DNA from: Balanoglossus misakiensis
Taxonomy: Eukaryota > Animalia > Hemichordata
Assembly (NCBI GenBank): GCA_040954595.2
Contig: CM082587.2
Coordinates: forward strand, 2,695,000 to 2,758,999
Direction: 5' to 3'
DNA: 64,000 bases
Under the pieces are notes generated by a model that was not told the origin of the DNA, did no database searches, and saw only the letters and a list, made by a program, of their open reading frames with translations. Positions 1 to 15,000 of this stretch are shown piece by piece (positions within the stretch are counted from its first letter, which is position 1; every line of letters starts with the position of its first letter). The position numbers and the translations under genes were made by a program.

Positions 1-3000
1 ATGATGTAATCCCGATAATCCTTGTAGGAGGATTACTCTGACAGGGCCACCTGGCTGTCTGTTGACCTTTGGTCAACACAGGGAGAAAAAGTGTGATTCA
101 CATTTCCTCAAATCCATCTAGGACCAGTCCATGGCTGAAAATTTTCTCTAGGGGATTTGATTTTCTGTGTCCACACTAACACGTTCTAGTCAGTGTCTGG
201 ATCCTGGTGCAAGTAACACTTAGGTCTTTTTCTATGACTTGAGAAAACAAGTTCAGTGTGATTATCGAGTGTCGAAGTGATTTTCAATGCTGCAAGATGT
301 GGAACCGACTTTGGTGTTAATTTCCTGAAAATTGAGCTCTATAAAACGTCGCTGTTACTGCCGACAGTTGAATGTTGAAATTACCTGCTGTTTGTGCTTG
401 GCGGTCTTTGTCCGATAGGTGCGGGTCTGACACTGACTTGCTAGGTGAACATCCCATCATGCATCCTACCAGACCATCTAGGAATGAGGTAACAAGCCGC
501 TACACGATGCCCTTCTTTGTTGTCCGCGTCACTGCAATAAACAACAGAGGTCATGGAAATGAGAAAAACCTGCAGATGTGAATGGAAGCACACCAAAACT
601 GGAATAAAACTGTTACAAAAATTTTGCCAATGATTGACGCAAAGCCAATAACTATCCTTCAGACGCTCAGTAAGTTGGTAGCACGCACCAGTCAAACAAC
701 ATCAGTCATGTTGGCACTCATTTGCATGGATATTGTACAGTGTGTACAGAAATGTATTGTACGATACCCGTAGACCTCCACAGGGTACAGAATGTCGGTA
801 GATGTATTAATAATTTGATAGTATGTGTATCACAATGGAGAATGGGTCTCAGTTGTCTCAGAACAGAGATATTTATTTTCTATATTGGGATCTGAAGAAA
901 GCGACGGACAGAAGACTTGATTGTCTGACATTCAATTACCCAGCTCAGCGATCCACTGCCCAGGGGAAGTGCACACTCTGCCCCTTTTTAGTGAACTGAA
1001 TGTAATTTGCTCTGGGTGAGGCAACGCTCTTCACTGCAAAACTATTGATCGTTCGGAGCATATACGAAAACATTATTTACAGGCTAGAATTTCATAGAAG
1101 TCTCTGTGAGCCGCTTGAGTTTGCCTCAACCTCGCCGCTGGAAAAAAAACCTTCAAAAGAATTACACTCGCGAGATGAAACCGCACCACAAAATTACAAA
1201 TCTATTGACGCTGTTCTGTGCACGCAGGCCAATTCGAACTCCCTGCCGATTTTTTTCCTCCTAAATGTGAAATTACTTCAAGATATTCATTTACTGTGAT
1301 CCTGCCTACACCGTGAAAACTGATGCCTCTCTCGCCGTAGCCAGGGAAACGAGAGAACACGCAAATCTAACGCATCACTTTTGCCCTAGTCACTTTGTAA
1401 GTTCAGGGAATCACGTTTCATCATTACACAGTGTGGGCTTGCCTGATATAGTAACTTCTCTTTATACAGAGAAAATGGCTTAATCTTTTCCACACTCACA
1501 TGTGGCTCATTTTTATAATTCCATTCATCTTGAAACAAACTTTTTCCAGAGCAAATATCTGAATTAACATTGGCAGCAACCAAGTCATGTCATTTGATTC
1601 ATATTGCAAAACAATGCATGCACGAATGAATATATAACAGCGAACCCGAGGTCCTCAGACTTCATTTGTGGGACTAACGAGAGCCCAGCTAGATTCCAGA
1701 CCGACAGGCGTAACGCTTGATTGTACAACATCCTTGCACTGACTGAAAAAGTAGGCCTGAGCATTGACCTCCTACATAATGTTTCCTAACATGACAGGAA
1801 AGTATAAGATATTGGAACCCCACACTGGGCTTCTATCCATTGAGAGGATACTCCGCAGAGTTGAAACTACTGCGTTGACAAGAGAATGGATGAGATTCGT
1901 ACTAGTACGTTAATCAGAGACAAGCTCTGCAGTAGGTATCTCATCTATCAGATTCTAATGCAGAACTGCTTTCCTGTTTTGTGATCCTGCTCGGCACGCT
2001 GAACCGAATCACTGCGGGTCATTTGTATTCAAAGAAAAACAACCAGACAAAAGTACTTGGAAAAAGAATAAAAATGCATCACCATGACAATAAGACATTT
2101 ATATTTGCGATACAAATTTTCCATCATTGCCGTAGTACTGTAAAACAGGAAATTTTCGCAACGATAAATTTTTCGCGAAGCTTCAAGTTTCTCCCAACGA
2201 ACAATCAGCAATTTTATATTATGTTCTAAATGTTCTGACCTCCAAATATATTATTACATTCATGGTCACATGTGGCCACATACATTGCAGGGCGTTGGAA
2301 CTTGTGACGCGTGCTGATTCAAAATTGAGCTTTCACCATCTGACAATACACAGTCACACATCCAGGTGCGAAATTAGATTTTGACTACCAGCTGTTCCCA
2401 CAAGGTAGATTGAAGCACAGAGTTACACTGGGGGAATGGAAGCCTGCTTCACTGGTGTACATTACATCGGTGTAATGGTTGGCCCCGTATTCAAGACTGT
2501 TTGTTCAGTGCTACATTCAATTGAGCTCCCTACAGTATTAATGATTTCCCAACAACTGGAGATTTTCACAAAGCCTTCCCATTTAACCACATGATTTATC
2601 CCTTCCTCTTTGACTTCATTCGCTATTATTTACTTTCCGTCATGGCAACTGAAGCCATGAAATGCGGAAACGGCAATTCACTCTCTCGTGAAACGTTTCA
2701 ATAGATTTCATAGTATACCAAAGGTAAAACAAGATTACGACTTGGTATAAGACTTGGTGATTTCCTATTTTGTTTTCTTCTGAAAAAATTAAGCATCGAC
2801 TAATCTCTTAACCAAATTAATTATCAAAACAAAGTAAACAGGCAGGATATGACTGTTTCATTTCCAATGTCACAAACCCACTTCCCCATGGCATTTCATC
2901 ACAACCATCGGATCAGATTGGATCGATAACACATCACCCCCCGGAGCAATAACTAAGTAATGTTCTCATTATTTGGAATCAGTAGGGAATCTCCCCAAGG

Positions 3001-6000
3001 TTATTTCAGCCCTTAATGATTAATTAAATATATTGGTATATATACCTGACAAGGACAGACAGGTAATCACAACATCTACAAAATACATACATGTATATAG
3101 TCTGCTTCTCAGAAACCAAAAACGATATCAAAGCATGAAAAATAAGTCAGCACCCTTGCACCGGATATGAGCCCAACTTTTCCACCGGTGAAGTTCTGTT
3201 TATGGACACAAACAGGATTGGCCAGCTATCTCCTGATGCGAAAAGCTGCCTAGTAACCTAGCAACAGTCAACTTCAGCACGGTTTCTATGTTAACAGTAT
3301 CTTGGCAACCCTGGGCAGTGTGAAATATTCCAACTCCCTACTGTGTTCATCTTATGGGGATCGCAGCTGGTGAAATTTACATATTGTCTTGTTTCTCTGT
3401 TTCAGACTTAGACCTTTGGCCTTGCGGAAAACAGAAAAGGTCTTTCCAAGCATTTCCATTCAGTTTGTGAATAACACCCAAACTTTGTACATACCGGTAT
3501 GGTCACCTATTCACATTTAACCACAGTAATACCATGGAAAGTTGAGATCTGTTAAACTGACAACCAAGAGAGTCGGGCACAAAGTTTACCATCGTCATTG
3601 AAGTTATGCCATTAAGGTGTTATACCTAAGGCGACGGAACTCCTGAAATAGACACTGTACAGCTTGAAGCTATAATCATATTAAGCACACGTCTTTGCTG
3701 GGTAGAAAATTGAATTAGCCATCGTTATTGCAATTACTGGCTGGCTTGACAACAGCACTGGATTATGTTCCTGACTATATACATGGGTCACAACCTTGTC
3801 ATAACCCTGTCTTGCTAGGACTTCCTCTAAACCCCTTCAATGCCATATTAGTCAACTTGTCGTTATCGTTGTGTTGCCCTGGCGGCCATATTTGGATTGC
3901 AACCTACTCTAGAAATGTTCAATTCATCTCCTTCATTGTAGCTAACTTGGTTGACATAATTTCTCTATATATTCTTCTTTGACTTATATCATAAAATAAT
4001 ATTTAACAAAAAATTAAAAATAATGTGGTCATGTTCCCTTTTAATAGAACTACAATTGATCAGGTATTTAACTTTTCCACTGAAGAACATTTACGCTTGC
4101 TAGAACACTCAGATAAAAATACCCCAGAATGGAACAAAATGAACATCACATCAATTCCAGGAACCCAGGACAAATTTCACATCATATGCCCTGCTATTCA
4201 TTCATCCATGTTTCCATTACAAGCTGCAGATTGAATGTTCATTCAAAGATGTCTGCAATGCTTATGTGGCCTGAAATTAAATAAGTATGGAACGAAATAC
4301 TGCATGCGCTGCGCAAACTTCGTACTAATCACTTTTCCTTTTTCGAGCCGCGGGCTATCCGCAAACTGCATCAGAAAACTGCAATGGCTCATCATAATGA
4401 GGAACGCAGTCAAGCGCTTTCAGGCAATGACACAACTGGAGAACACGTGCCCCTATAAAGCAAAAACAAAACGGTATGACCTTGCTGTAATGCATGTGGT
4501 GGGTGCTGGGATAAAATGAACGACATCGAATATGAATAATCGTATTCAACTAAGTCCAAGTAAGCTGGATGTTTTTGAACAAAAAAGGGATTGTGTACAC
4601 ACATTAGGGAGCATCACAGTAGAAAAGGTCATGGAGAGCTGCCACACACAGAGCAGAATTGAATATCTACATTAGTCTCTGCTAATTGCTGGATTTCCAA
4701 TTGGATACACACATGGCGATGAGATAAAACCCTGTGAGACCGAACGCTGAAATTAATTTATCAGAGGCCACATCAAACGACATCCTCCTCTGTCGTCAGA
4801 TCTGTTACCCACAAAATCATCAGTGTTGTGCATTCAGATGTCAACAAATAACAACGACAAAAGTGGGTAATTCGAACAAGGAACAAACAGGGATGAAAAA
4901 AGGAAATTGATCGTTACCTTGAGCACTCATCAAGACAGTGCGTACAACATCCAACTGAGGGTCACTACGACTTATAACGACTTGCCATTCTCCATCAGTT
5001 GACACTGTTGCTTAGCAATGCATCAAAACAGATTACCATCTATGGGCAATTTCTCCACACAAGAAAGAGCTGATGGAGCAGAATTGAGGATTAGATTTCT
5101 CCGGCTTTTCCCAAAGAAATCCGCACAATCGTTTGTCAAAGGAAAGATGTCAACTTACGGGAATCTTTGGAGAGGATGAAGAGACTGCTGATTAAGACGA
5201 TTGGATTATCAGTACCTGAAGGATTATCCTTGTCGCATGGTCTTTACTGAGTTTAGTACCGTCGATAAGGAATTGACATTGCGGATTGCAGATTTCACAA
5301 TTTCGTCTCCAAGATAGAGAGAGAGAGGTTTGACACAAAATGATTCAATCAGCAAAATAGCCTCATATTCGGTTGAATAATCAGAACTCAACAAAAGGGC
5401 CCTCTACTGATTGGCTGAATGCAGACCATCATGACTATGCGAGTTCACAATTGATCAATGGAGACTCACAATACATCTTGCATCCAGCTGTTTGTCGCTT
5501 TCTTCGAGTTCTCTGAACGATCGACAAAATCCGAATGTCAAATTACTGTTGAATGTGTGTGTCATCATTACATATAGCTACAACAGCCTTGGGAGCATAA
5601 ATCTATTATTATCTACATTGTACATATCTTGAACTGAGGGTCGCGGTAAAGCCATAGAATATTATTGACTGTGTCACGACCCAAGTTGGATTTTGAGGCC
5701 GGCAAAAATTCACAGAATAGAACCCCAAAATGCCACGGGGTGAATTTCAGTACACTATAACCACATACACAAGAACTGTACCTCTTTCTTTAACCAATGT
5801 CTCTGATACGTGAATAAATTGTACCGTACTTTAGAAGGCAAACACCAGTAAACACACATATATATCATGCAATACAAGTTGTTGTGCCAGTTCTGTTTGC
5901 AAAGGCTGAGAACGCACACACCTGTATTCAGAAAGAAAATTGACAAGACATAAAATTGGGTTTGGTGACATATTATTTCTGCGAGGACTTGCAGATAATA

Positions 6001-9000
6001 TCTCTCTGACCTTTCTCACAGAGAAAAAAAAAGCTGCGTTATTGTCATCTGATGCTTGCTTGGCAACGCAAACAACAAAAGCAGATACAGAGCTACATCC
6101 AGGGTTCCTGTTTCTTGACAATAATATATTGCAAAATATGTCAAATAGGCTCTATGTGAGCTGCAAGAACAACATCAGTGAGCTGAACGTCAAATCTGAA
6201 TGTCACAATTCAAAGTCACTCAATTTGAAAATTGCTACCCTGGTCCATCATGCATCTATCATGCAATGTTACAATGATTCTGTTAGACACAATGTGCCTC
6301 AATCATATTTGCAAGAAAGCCAAGAAACAGTATAACAATGAAAGAGTCTTTCCCATGATGCAGTTCTGCATTGCTGTTTGTCTACACTATTTGCTGTATT
6401 TTGTAAGAGCCTGCCTATTAAAATTTCACGGCTGTTCCACACCTCTCTATGAAGAGCTGGGTGTGACCGGCTATTAACACTTTGTCCAATAACTGTCACT
6501 CAAGACCTATTAGTGACATCACAATGAAAAGAAAGGGCTACATTAAAAGCTCAAAACTCAGTCACCGTGAAAACACTTGTTCAGGTGCAACACGTACTGC
6601 AAACAGGAAGAGACGCACCCACCCGTAAAATGTTCGCAATTCACGACATTGACATTAAATTAATGTTTCACTCTCACAAGAACATGGCTTTATTCAACTC
6701 GGCTGCAAAGGTAAACTTCTCATCCGTATACTTGCATTTGCCCATCACTTAGAAAATGAATGCTTCACTGGTCGAGACAACATCCGACTTGTCTGAGTTA
6801 ACATCTGTCACTAATTGACATTAATATTTTGGCTTGCTCTGGGCTGGGCTTGATAAACTGCCAAGCATCCAGAATGTACCCAGGTCAGAATAAAACATTA
6901 GGTTGGTTTGACAATGAGAACTATGGAGAAAAAAATTCCATGGCGTTATTTCCATGTGCTTGGAGTTAAACTATCATGTGATTTATGCTCTCAGTTTACA
7001 CAAATAAATACACAAGCTGAATTGATGGCAATTAATTGCTGGGATAAATCAACACAACCAGCAGAATTGCAAATTGCGTGCAATAAACACTAGATTTAAT
7101 GTACAGACCCTACATTTACAAGTGAATTAACATTGATCAGAAATCGGACAGACATCAATCAGGCAATTTATGCTACAGGTACTTTCTCAAGCAGAACAGA
7201 AGAAGTTGCAAGCACTATCAAGCAGAAAAATTGTGTATGTGGTCATGAAACCACAACATGTAATTAATGGAAGCAGGGAACAAAATAATGCAAAGATGGA
7301 GGTAACTGCCGAGAAAACGCAATCACATTCAGCTCAGGTTTGCCAATTAGAGCCTTCATCAGTACAAACTCAAGGTTACATGATCCCCGGAGAGACTAAT
7401 TCTGCTGTATATGGTAGCGTATCCCCAATTTGTCCCATCCCTGCAGATTAATAATGACTGTAATGGTGTACATATCCTGCATAGTACACAGACCTATCAA
7501 CCAGAGAAAGACCTCTCTATATGTTCAGATGCCATTTTCATCCATCTGAGTATAAACCTGTGAGATCAACTGAACACACATTTCATCAAGACCATCTAAC
7601 AGGAGAGCACAGAGAAACAGCACTTACATTCTCACTGTGGTGACACTCACTGGGTACGACAGCTATACGGACAACCCTCTCCAATTAGCGACACCTCCTA
7701 CAGTGGTGACCCTCACGAGGAGGAGGACCCCCTTCCAGAAATAAAATCTCCTCAATGTGTGACCTCAAGGGGGACCCTCTATTCTCGTCACAGCCATCTA
7801 CTCCGTCTGAATCACGACACGCGCGGTAATTCACCCCGCTCATAATACCCCATCCATTTGGTTGATGGAAAGCACGGAGAGATCTCAGACTTTACTCAAT
7901 TTCAAAGTACAGCAACACAAGGAGACTGCAGGCACTTTTTTGTATACTGCCACAATGGTGTTAAAAGAGTTGAATGGTGTCTTACGTGAAAGATCCAACA
8001 GGAATTACACATCGTCACGCTCCTCATATCATTTCTGGATTGAGAGTCGCGAACACAACACAAGCTCTTCGAAATATTTCTTAAGAGATACCAGGCTTTG
8101 AAATTTTACACACAATTAATTTATGCCTGGGATAGGCAAACAATCGATTCCAAATACACTGTGGATATTTTGAGATTGGCTCACATGCACAATACTAATA
8201 TGGGTCATATTTATTGATTTTTTGGGGGAAAGCATAGTATCATGAGATTGATTGATTGATTGTGATGTGATCTTGCACTATATATAGTACAAGAAAATTA
8301 TCATATTTCTCTGCTTAATCTATAATTCCTATGATTTATAATTCTATTTAAAAGATGACTTCATGAAAAATTAACGTAATAGTTTATACAAAAACAGAAC
8401 ACCTGTAAATTTTCAGGAATAATGCCATAACACATGCGTCATACACACAGCATTAAAAAAAGCTCGACCCCAGAAATAGGTTCTCCGCCAAAGAACACTT
8501 TCCAGGTTGGAAGCAGTTTCAGTTTACGGCACATTAGCCGAGTCGGTAAATATTGCCACGCGCTGACATGAAAGTGGCATTATATGGCTACAACATATGC
8601 TGATTTCCCATCCGTATAAAATTCATGACAAAATGCCTCACAAAAACGGGTCGTAACGGACACGTTGACAGAACATATAGCCGAGCACTATATTTTTCTT
8701 ACTTAAAGATTAGAACACAAATCTATCTAAATAAGCGCCATACAATGATCTGTCGCAGCCAGCCGGTCGTTCAAATGTTTGCATGTTTCCCGTCATTTCC
8801 CAGGCATAAAATGCATCCGTTTTGACGTCTTTCACTGTCAGTTCACGTTAGCCTTATGGTTCACTAGAAATGTTTAACATCTGAGAGAATTAAGCTGTCT
8901 GTTTTTCTTTTTTTTCCGAACACAAAACATGATGGCAGTGTACGTGCCCATTGAGAAATCACCAAGCATCTGCTACTGTTCTATAAATACTTTCCATTTA

Positions 9001-12000
9001 CCAACAACAATTTTATACATTTCCAGGGGATATCTCATTTTGGTGTGTACATCGGCCTCTCAGTATGCCAACTGAAAGCTTCTTTACCATCATGGGTAAT
9101 CAGGCTACTTGATATATAATACGATAGTCAGCGTGTTCAACATGTAACCAGCACGTATGCTTCGTGACAGCCAAAAATAATTGTATCATTCAGTAATATA
9201 GGTTTATCCATTGAAACAGCTTCCTTCTTACAAAACAAAATGTACAGCCCTTAGTTGTCAATTTAAAGACATCCTGCCTTCCATACGGTATTGTCACGGT
9301 TACTAGTATGGGTCTTTTGTCAAGTTTGCTGCTCATCAAATGTAATGTCATCAGCTTTTAAAGGAACGACGCACTCAAACAGAGCGCAACCACAGAGCTG
9401 TAGTCGTCCCGAAGCAAAATTGAAGCTAGATTTGATGAAGGATGCATCTAATTAGACACAGTGATCACACGACTCTTTCAAAACACGCTGAAATTTTTGA
9501 ATTGGACTTCTTGGCGTGCCAATTATTACTGGGAGGTGTAGTGGTAATTTGGTCACCAATCATCCTTATTTCAAGTCAAAGCGTTTATCTCGGTTGCTGA
9601 ATCATCTTTATTTTTCCGAGGTAGGGATGTAGCCAGGCAGTTTTTGCATTGACAGCCTGGCTATGTGAATCGATCATTTTCTGAAGTCCTTGAGATCGTG
9701 CGAGATTCCGCGTGACCATGCAGGCAGTTTTAAGGAGGTCGACATTCCCTACTCCAATGGTTAAAATGGAATTTTCTCCTTATGTTGATCGACAGTGAAC
9801 AACCATGATCTAGGCATTCACAATCAGGTCATATCCCTGCACAGGTCCCCGGCAACCAGAGGACGAACCACTCCAACCGGCTGGCTATAATGATGTAAGC
9901 ACTAAACCCAATGCTGTAACTAGTCGAGCCTCCAATTACCTGCAATGTTCCCAACTAACTGAGGGTAATGCAATGCGGCAGATAACCACCTTAAAGTTGT
10001 TAAAGACATCATTGAGGTAGATAAGGACTTGCACATGGAAAGGTCAGACAGACACATGGGAAAATAGGTCGATCAACTTCACGTTTGTTACGTTTTGCAG
10101 TGGAAAATTTAGCCTACCGATCTTGCCTTCTCTTGGCTCTGACAAGAAGACAGCCTAGAAATAACTGCTTACCTGAAAGGTTTAAAGAATTTATGAAAAA
10201 GAAAAGAAAAGTAAGCATGTAACTAGCAACTATGTATTGCTGTACTCATTACATGAATTACACGGTGTGCTGGCCAAAATAATCAAAAGCCTGAAGTGTT
10301 TGTACGACAAGAAGCAGAACATGGACATTGTTCCATCCTATCAGTCCGATCAAAACAGACCATCAAGATTTTAAAAATATTCAATTAACTGACTACAAAT
10401 CTCTGACCAGCCAGCACTAATTGGATTGTTAGAAGTCATAATTAGTTCATTAAGACCAACAGATTTTTTCAATTACATTTGATGAAATGAGATTAGAAGA
10501 CCAGGTTTCTTTTAATTGCATTTTTATTTATATGCATGAGAATAAAGACTATATTTCTGAGAAAATCAGTCATCTCAACCTTCTCATTTCCCCGTATGGT
10601 GTGTTCTTAAGCTTGTTATGTATTATTTGTAAAGTTATATATATGTATAAGCTGTCAACAAAGCTGACAATATGTTGATGCATGGCTTCATACACAACAA
10701 TCAGTGACAAGTCAGATATACGGTAAATGTACACCATATTGCTAAAATCTATGTCACTAGTGACTATAAAAGAAAGATTTTACTTTGGAATCAGTCATGA
10801 AACTGTATAGCAGTCAGTACATTACAACATAGCTCATCACAACATCTTAAATTCATGCTGTCTTTTGACAGATTCAGGCACATTTATCAAGCTTCTGATA
10901 ATTATTTCTGACTCAAAATTTCTGCAGCTATTTTAGAAAGTGCTGCAATATTTCGCCAACTGGCAAATAGACTTTGACAGCAATTCTTGTTCCCCGTTCT
11001 CAGACCTGACCTAAATACGCAGAGAGACAGAGTACGTGGCTGTCCAGGGAATAAATGTAATGTAGGATATATATCACGCAGATTGAATACCTTGGACGCG
11101 ACAAAGCCATGCCTGACAAACGAAGCTTACTATCAACACTCCAGTAAAGCAGAGAATCTGCTTTGGCACACAGCCAGATCCCAATCGACAATCTGAACCA
11201 CAGTCAGCCATGCACACAGAAGTACTACGGCCAACACGCAACCATCAACACCTCTCAGCGACACATCCCAGCACCCGGTATTCATAAACTGCCACTTGAA
11301 AAATGCCACATATAGTATCAGTCGATGGTCAACTGTTTTATTTTAAGACGTCTACTTGTCAGTAATCCTCACACCCTTCACTCAAGGGTCGATTCCACTC
11401 TTCAGCAATCATCACGACCCGGTGTCCGAGCACTTCACAGGAATCATCCAGGCCAACTTCATGTCCATTACCATGGCTGAGGAACCCCAGTAATATTGAC
11501 TGAATAGCCAATAGGAAAATTGACCCCCTTGGTGATATCATTCAATGAGATGCAATTGCCAAAAGTTTAAAGTGCAGAGTTTGAAATAAGGTTTTATGTC
11601 AGTCAAAACATACCACACAGCATTATTGATCTCTAACACGTATAATCAGGGGCAGGAAAATTCTGATTTGACTGTGCAACAACCTAGCAACAGCAGCCCA
11701 ACCTAAAAACTAGAACAATCAATTCAACATGCCCAGAAACTGGGACTCCTCAAATCAACAAAGAGATTTTTTATCATTTTCTTCGAGGGTATGTTTCAAA
11801 CATAAACATTTTCTTAGTTGACAAGCCCTTTAATGCTCTGGGAATCTCAAAATCAATTTTAACAGCGGGGAGCCAAGCCTACAGCTGATGCACACAACCA
11901 GTACCCTAAACGATAATTTACTATGCAAGTATCTCTTTAATTCAAATGACCATGAGAATAATTGGGCATATTTAACATTTACCCCTGACAAATTTCACAA

Positions 12001-15000
12001 TTTAATTTGCACTTATTTTCCCGCTAGACACCTGGGGACTACAAAAAACATCACCAGATTTACTTCACACAATAGGATTTCCCAGAACGGAAATGATTGA
12101 CTCTCATATTTCAACAACAGATAATTTTTGTTATGAAATCGAAAATCTCAACAGAATTGGTTGCCATGGATACATTTTTTCTCATCTCTGGAAACTGTAT
12201 GGCGTATCTCTTGAGGGTAACTTTACAGTCTACTAAACAGGAATAATCACTTTGGTGACCTTTTTGAAAAGAATTACTGTGTGCCCTCTAACAAACATAA
12301 TTCTTAAAAGATTCGAGTCAATTCAAGGATTTCTAGAAATTTCTCTGAGTCAGCCCTACACCTTTGCTTGTAGTGTGGATTCTCGTTTGACCTTTGACCT
12401 ACACTTTGGCAGCCTTGCCCTCAAACTGACCAAACACCGGATAATTACATTGTCACTACTCTGTCTGCAATCTTGACGGACAATTTTGTCTTTTATTTTT
12501 CATCTGAAATATATTACAAAAATTGTAATCATGGTTCAAATTTAAAATTCATGGTATGTTTGGCAGTGCCTTGTATGAGCGGTTGCCATGGTAAATAATT
12601 CAATATTTCATGTTGTGGCCCAAAAGAATCAGGAAAAGGAGAGGATTTGTTGGATTTCAACTCTCCCAAGACGCTCCCCTGTCGGTCAGTAACTGCAATA
12701 TTACCACAGCTATCATTCATCAATTATTCTATCATATCCAGCATATTGATCTTGTCAAGTACAACATATCATTACCGTTTACCGGTCCAACCCGGATCAC
12801 CTACGTTTTTTCCACTGTCGCCATGGTAACAATCTGATAAGAATCTTCCCTCATAATAGCCATTACTTCCATATTTCCCAGAGGCAAAATCCAAGCAAGC
12901 TGATGGCATAACAACCCCATGTAGATAATGCGATTTTTCCCCCTCCAACCTTTCTTTTGATATTATCTTGCATTTTTGTGATGAATTACACAAACAATAA
13001 TCAACAACGTGGAACAGTTTGCTATAATATAAACAGATATTTCAACCAAGTCGAAACTCAAACCTCATTAGTGACAGCTTCATGGATGAAAAACAACAAT
13101 TTGATATTAATTATTAACACAATCATTTGTTATTAATAATTAATAACACAAGTGATAATTATTATCAATTGCTTTTATGCACATTGCAAGTTGTTTGTGG
13201 TGTTCTGTTCACTGAGAAACTAGTGTCATTAAAAAATGCTGCTCATAAATCTCCCACTGTAAACAAAAAAAAAAACATACTGGTACTAATTTAACAAAAT
13301 ATTTTAATTAAAAACAAAATCCATCATATTATTTTTCATTATCTGGTTTCTCTCTTTATCACTAAAACTGAACTTGAATGAAAACATGAAAACTCAACAG
13401 AACAGTTTATGCCTGTAATATCAAATTTACGGTCGCTTTTGAGGATACCGGAGGTACTTTGACAGTGCGTCATAAAACCGTGAATCATCACTCACAGTCA
13501 AGTATTTCATTTCAAAAGCTACCGATTCAGTTTGGTGATGATGAACAATGCAGGTTTATAGTAGACTAGAATCTCAGGCAAAATCGAATATGACAGAACT
13601 CCTGTAGGGGAAACTTGACGTCATGCCAGTCTCAGAATGTGGTTGTTTTTTATCGAGTGAACATAAAAAGTTGATATTCATAATGCCGGTCTGTCCTTAA
13701 TAAATGTACTGATAGCAGGTCAAACTGGCACACATTTACCTTGAACTTCATTTTTGGCACATTAAGAAATCATGCATTGCTTGACTAATAGGTCACAGAT
13801 CAAGTTCGAAAACATCGTCTGATTTTAATTTATGGCAATATCTGATGTGCTGCCAAAGTGTCAATAATGCAATACCAGGGAAAGGATGTGCCTGGTTTTA
13901 TTTTACATCCTGGAAGGGCTACTGCCATAAATTAAATCAGACAACGTTTTCGAACTTGTCTGCAACCGTAGTTAAAAGTCACGACGACAGTAACCGGTAG
14001 TTATTCTCATCTTAGTAAGTTCAATGCATTTATTATTGTCACCATCATAAGTAAAAAAAAAAAAGTAATAGTGATTGCATATTTTGACATTTGTTGCATT
14101 TTTATAAATTTCTCCCAAAAGAATTGAATTTAATCTAAGGAAGGAAAAGGGGTCTAGAATTGTCAACAAGGCAATAAATTTCGACTACAAATAAATAAGT
14201 CACCATATGTTTTCATCGGCTGAGAATAACAAGTGAAGGCACGGCAGTAACAAACACTTGAAACCTCTTGAACTCTCTCCTCACAGAATCTAAACAGTCT
14301 CCTTGTCAAGCTCTCCCCTGACATAACACTCCAAACACTTCTCGAGGCTCTTTGCATTTACCAGGAATTCCTACTTGTGGGATTCTTGTAACTCAGGACA
14401 GGAAGATGGCATTCCTTCTAACACAAAACTGCAAGTGATAGAAGTGGACTACCCAGATGCTGTGCATGGTTAAATATCGCATTCCATATACATAGTCTTA
14501 CAAGTAGAATTTCGAAAAAACAATAATATTCTAAATTTTGAATAGACCACTACTTTATTAACAAATAAAATGCAGTCGGCTTGCCACAAGACTCGCCTTT
14601 CTTCAGACAAAATCAACTTTCTCTTGCCAGATGTTATTCTAAAGAGGATAAAATATCACCATGGCGACATCTGATATGACCTTTGACACCAAGCTAGTAA
14701 TGTATACTGGGGGTTACTGTCTCTCTGGGCCTTATTCATGAGACCTGATGAAAGTTTGGTAATTCATTGGCTTATAATTTCAGTAGAGATCTGTGTTTTA
14801 CGACTGTATACTACAATCAATACTCTGGGAACTGCCCACAACAGCATGTTGCAGCAAAACGAGATATGGGATTATACTACTATGAGCTAGTAGTATGACT
14901 GCAGCACCATAGAAACTATATCACAGTTATTTCTGGGTGCCATGAAACAAACTCATCATATTCACTAAACCTGCAGCCATATTACTTATCCTGTCTTTTA

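Noticed and set aside
2136-2180. TACTGTAAAACAGGAAATTTTCGC, resembling a DNA-transposon terminus
   Set aside because: No matching opposite end or target-site duplication found; at most a fragment.
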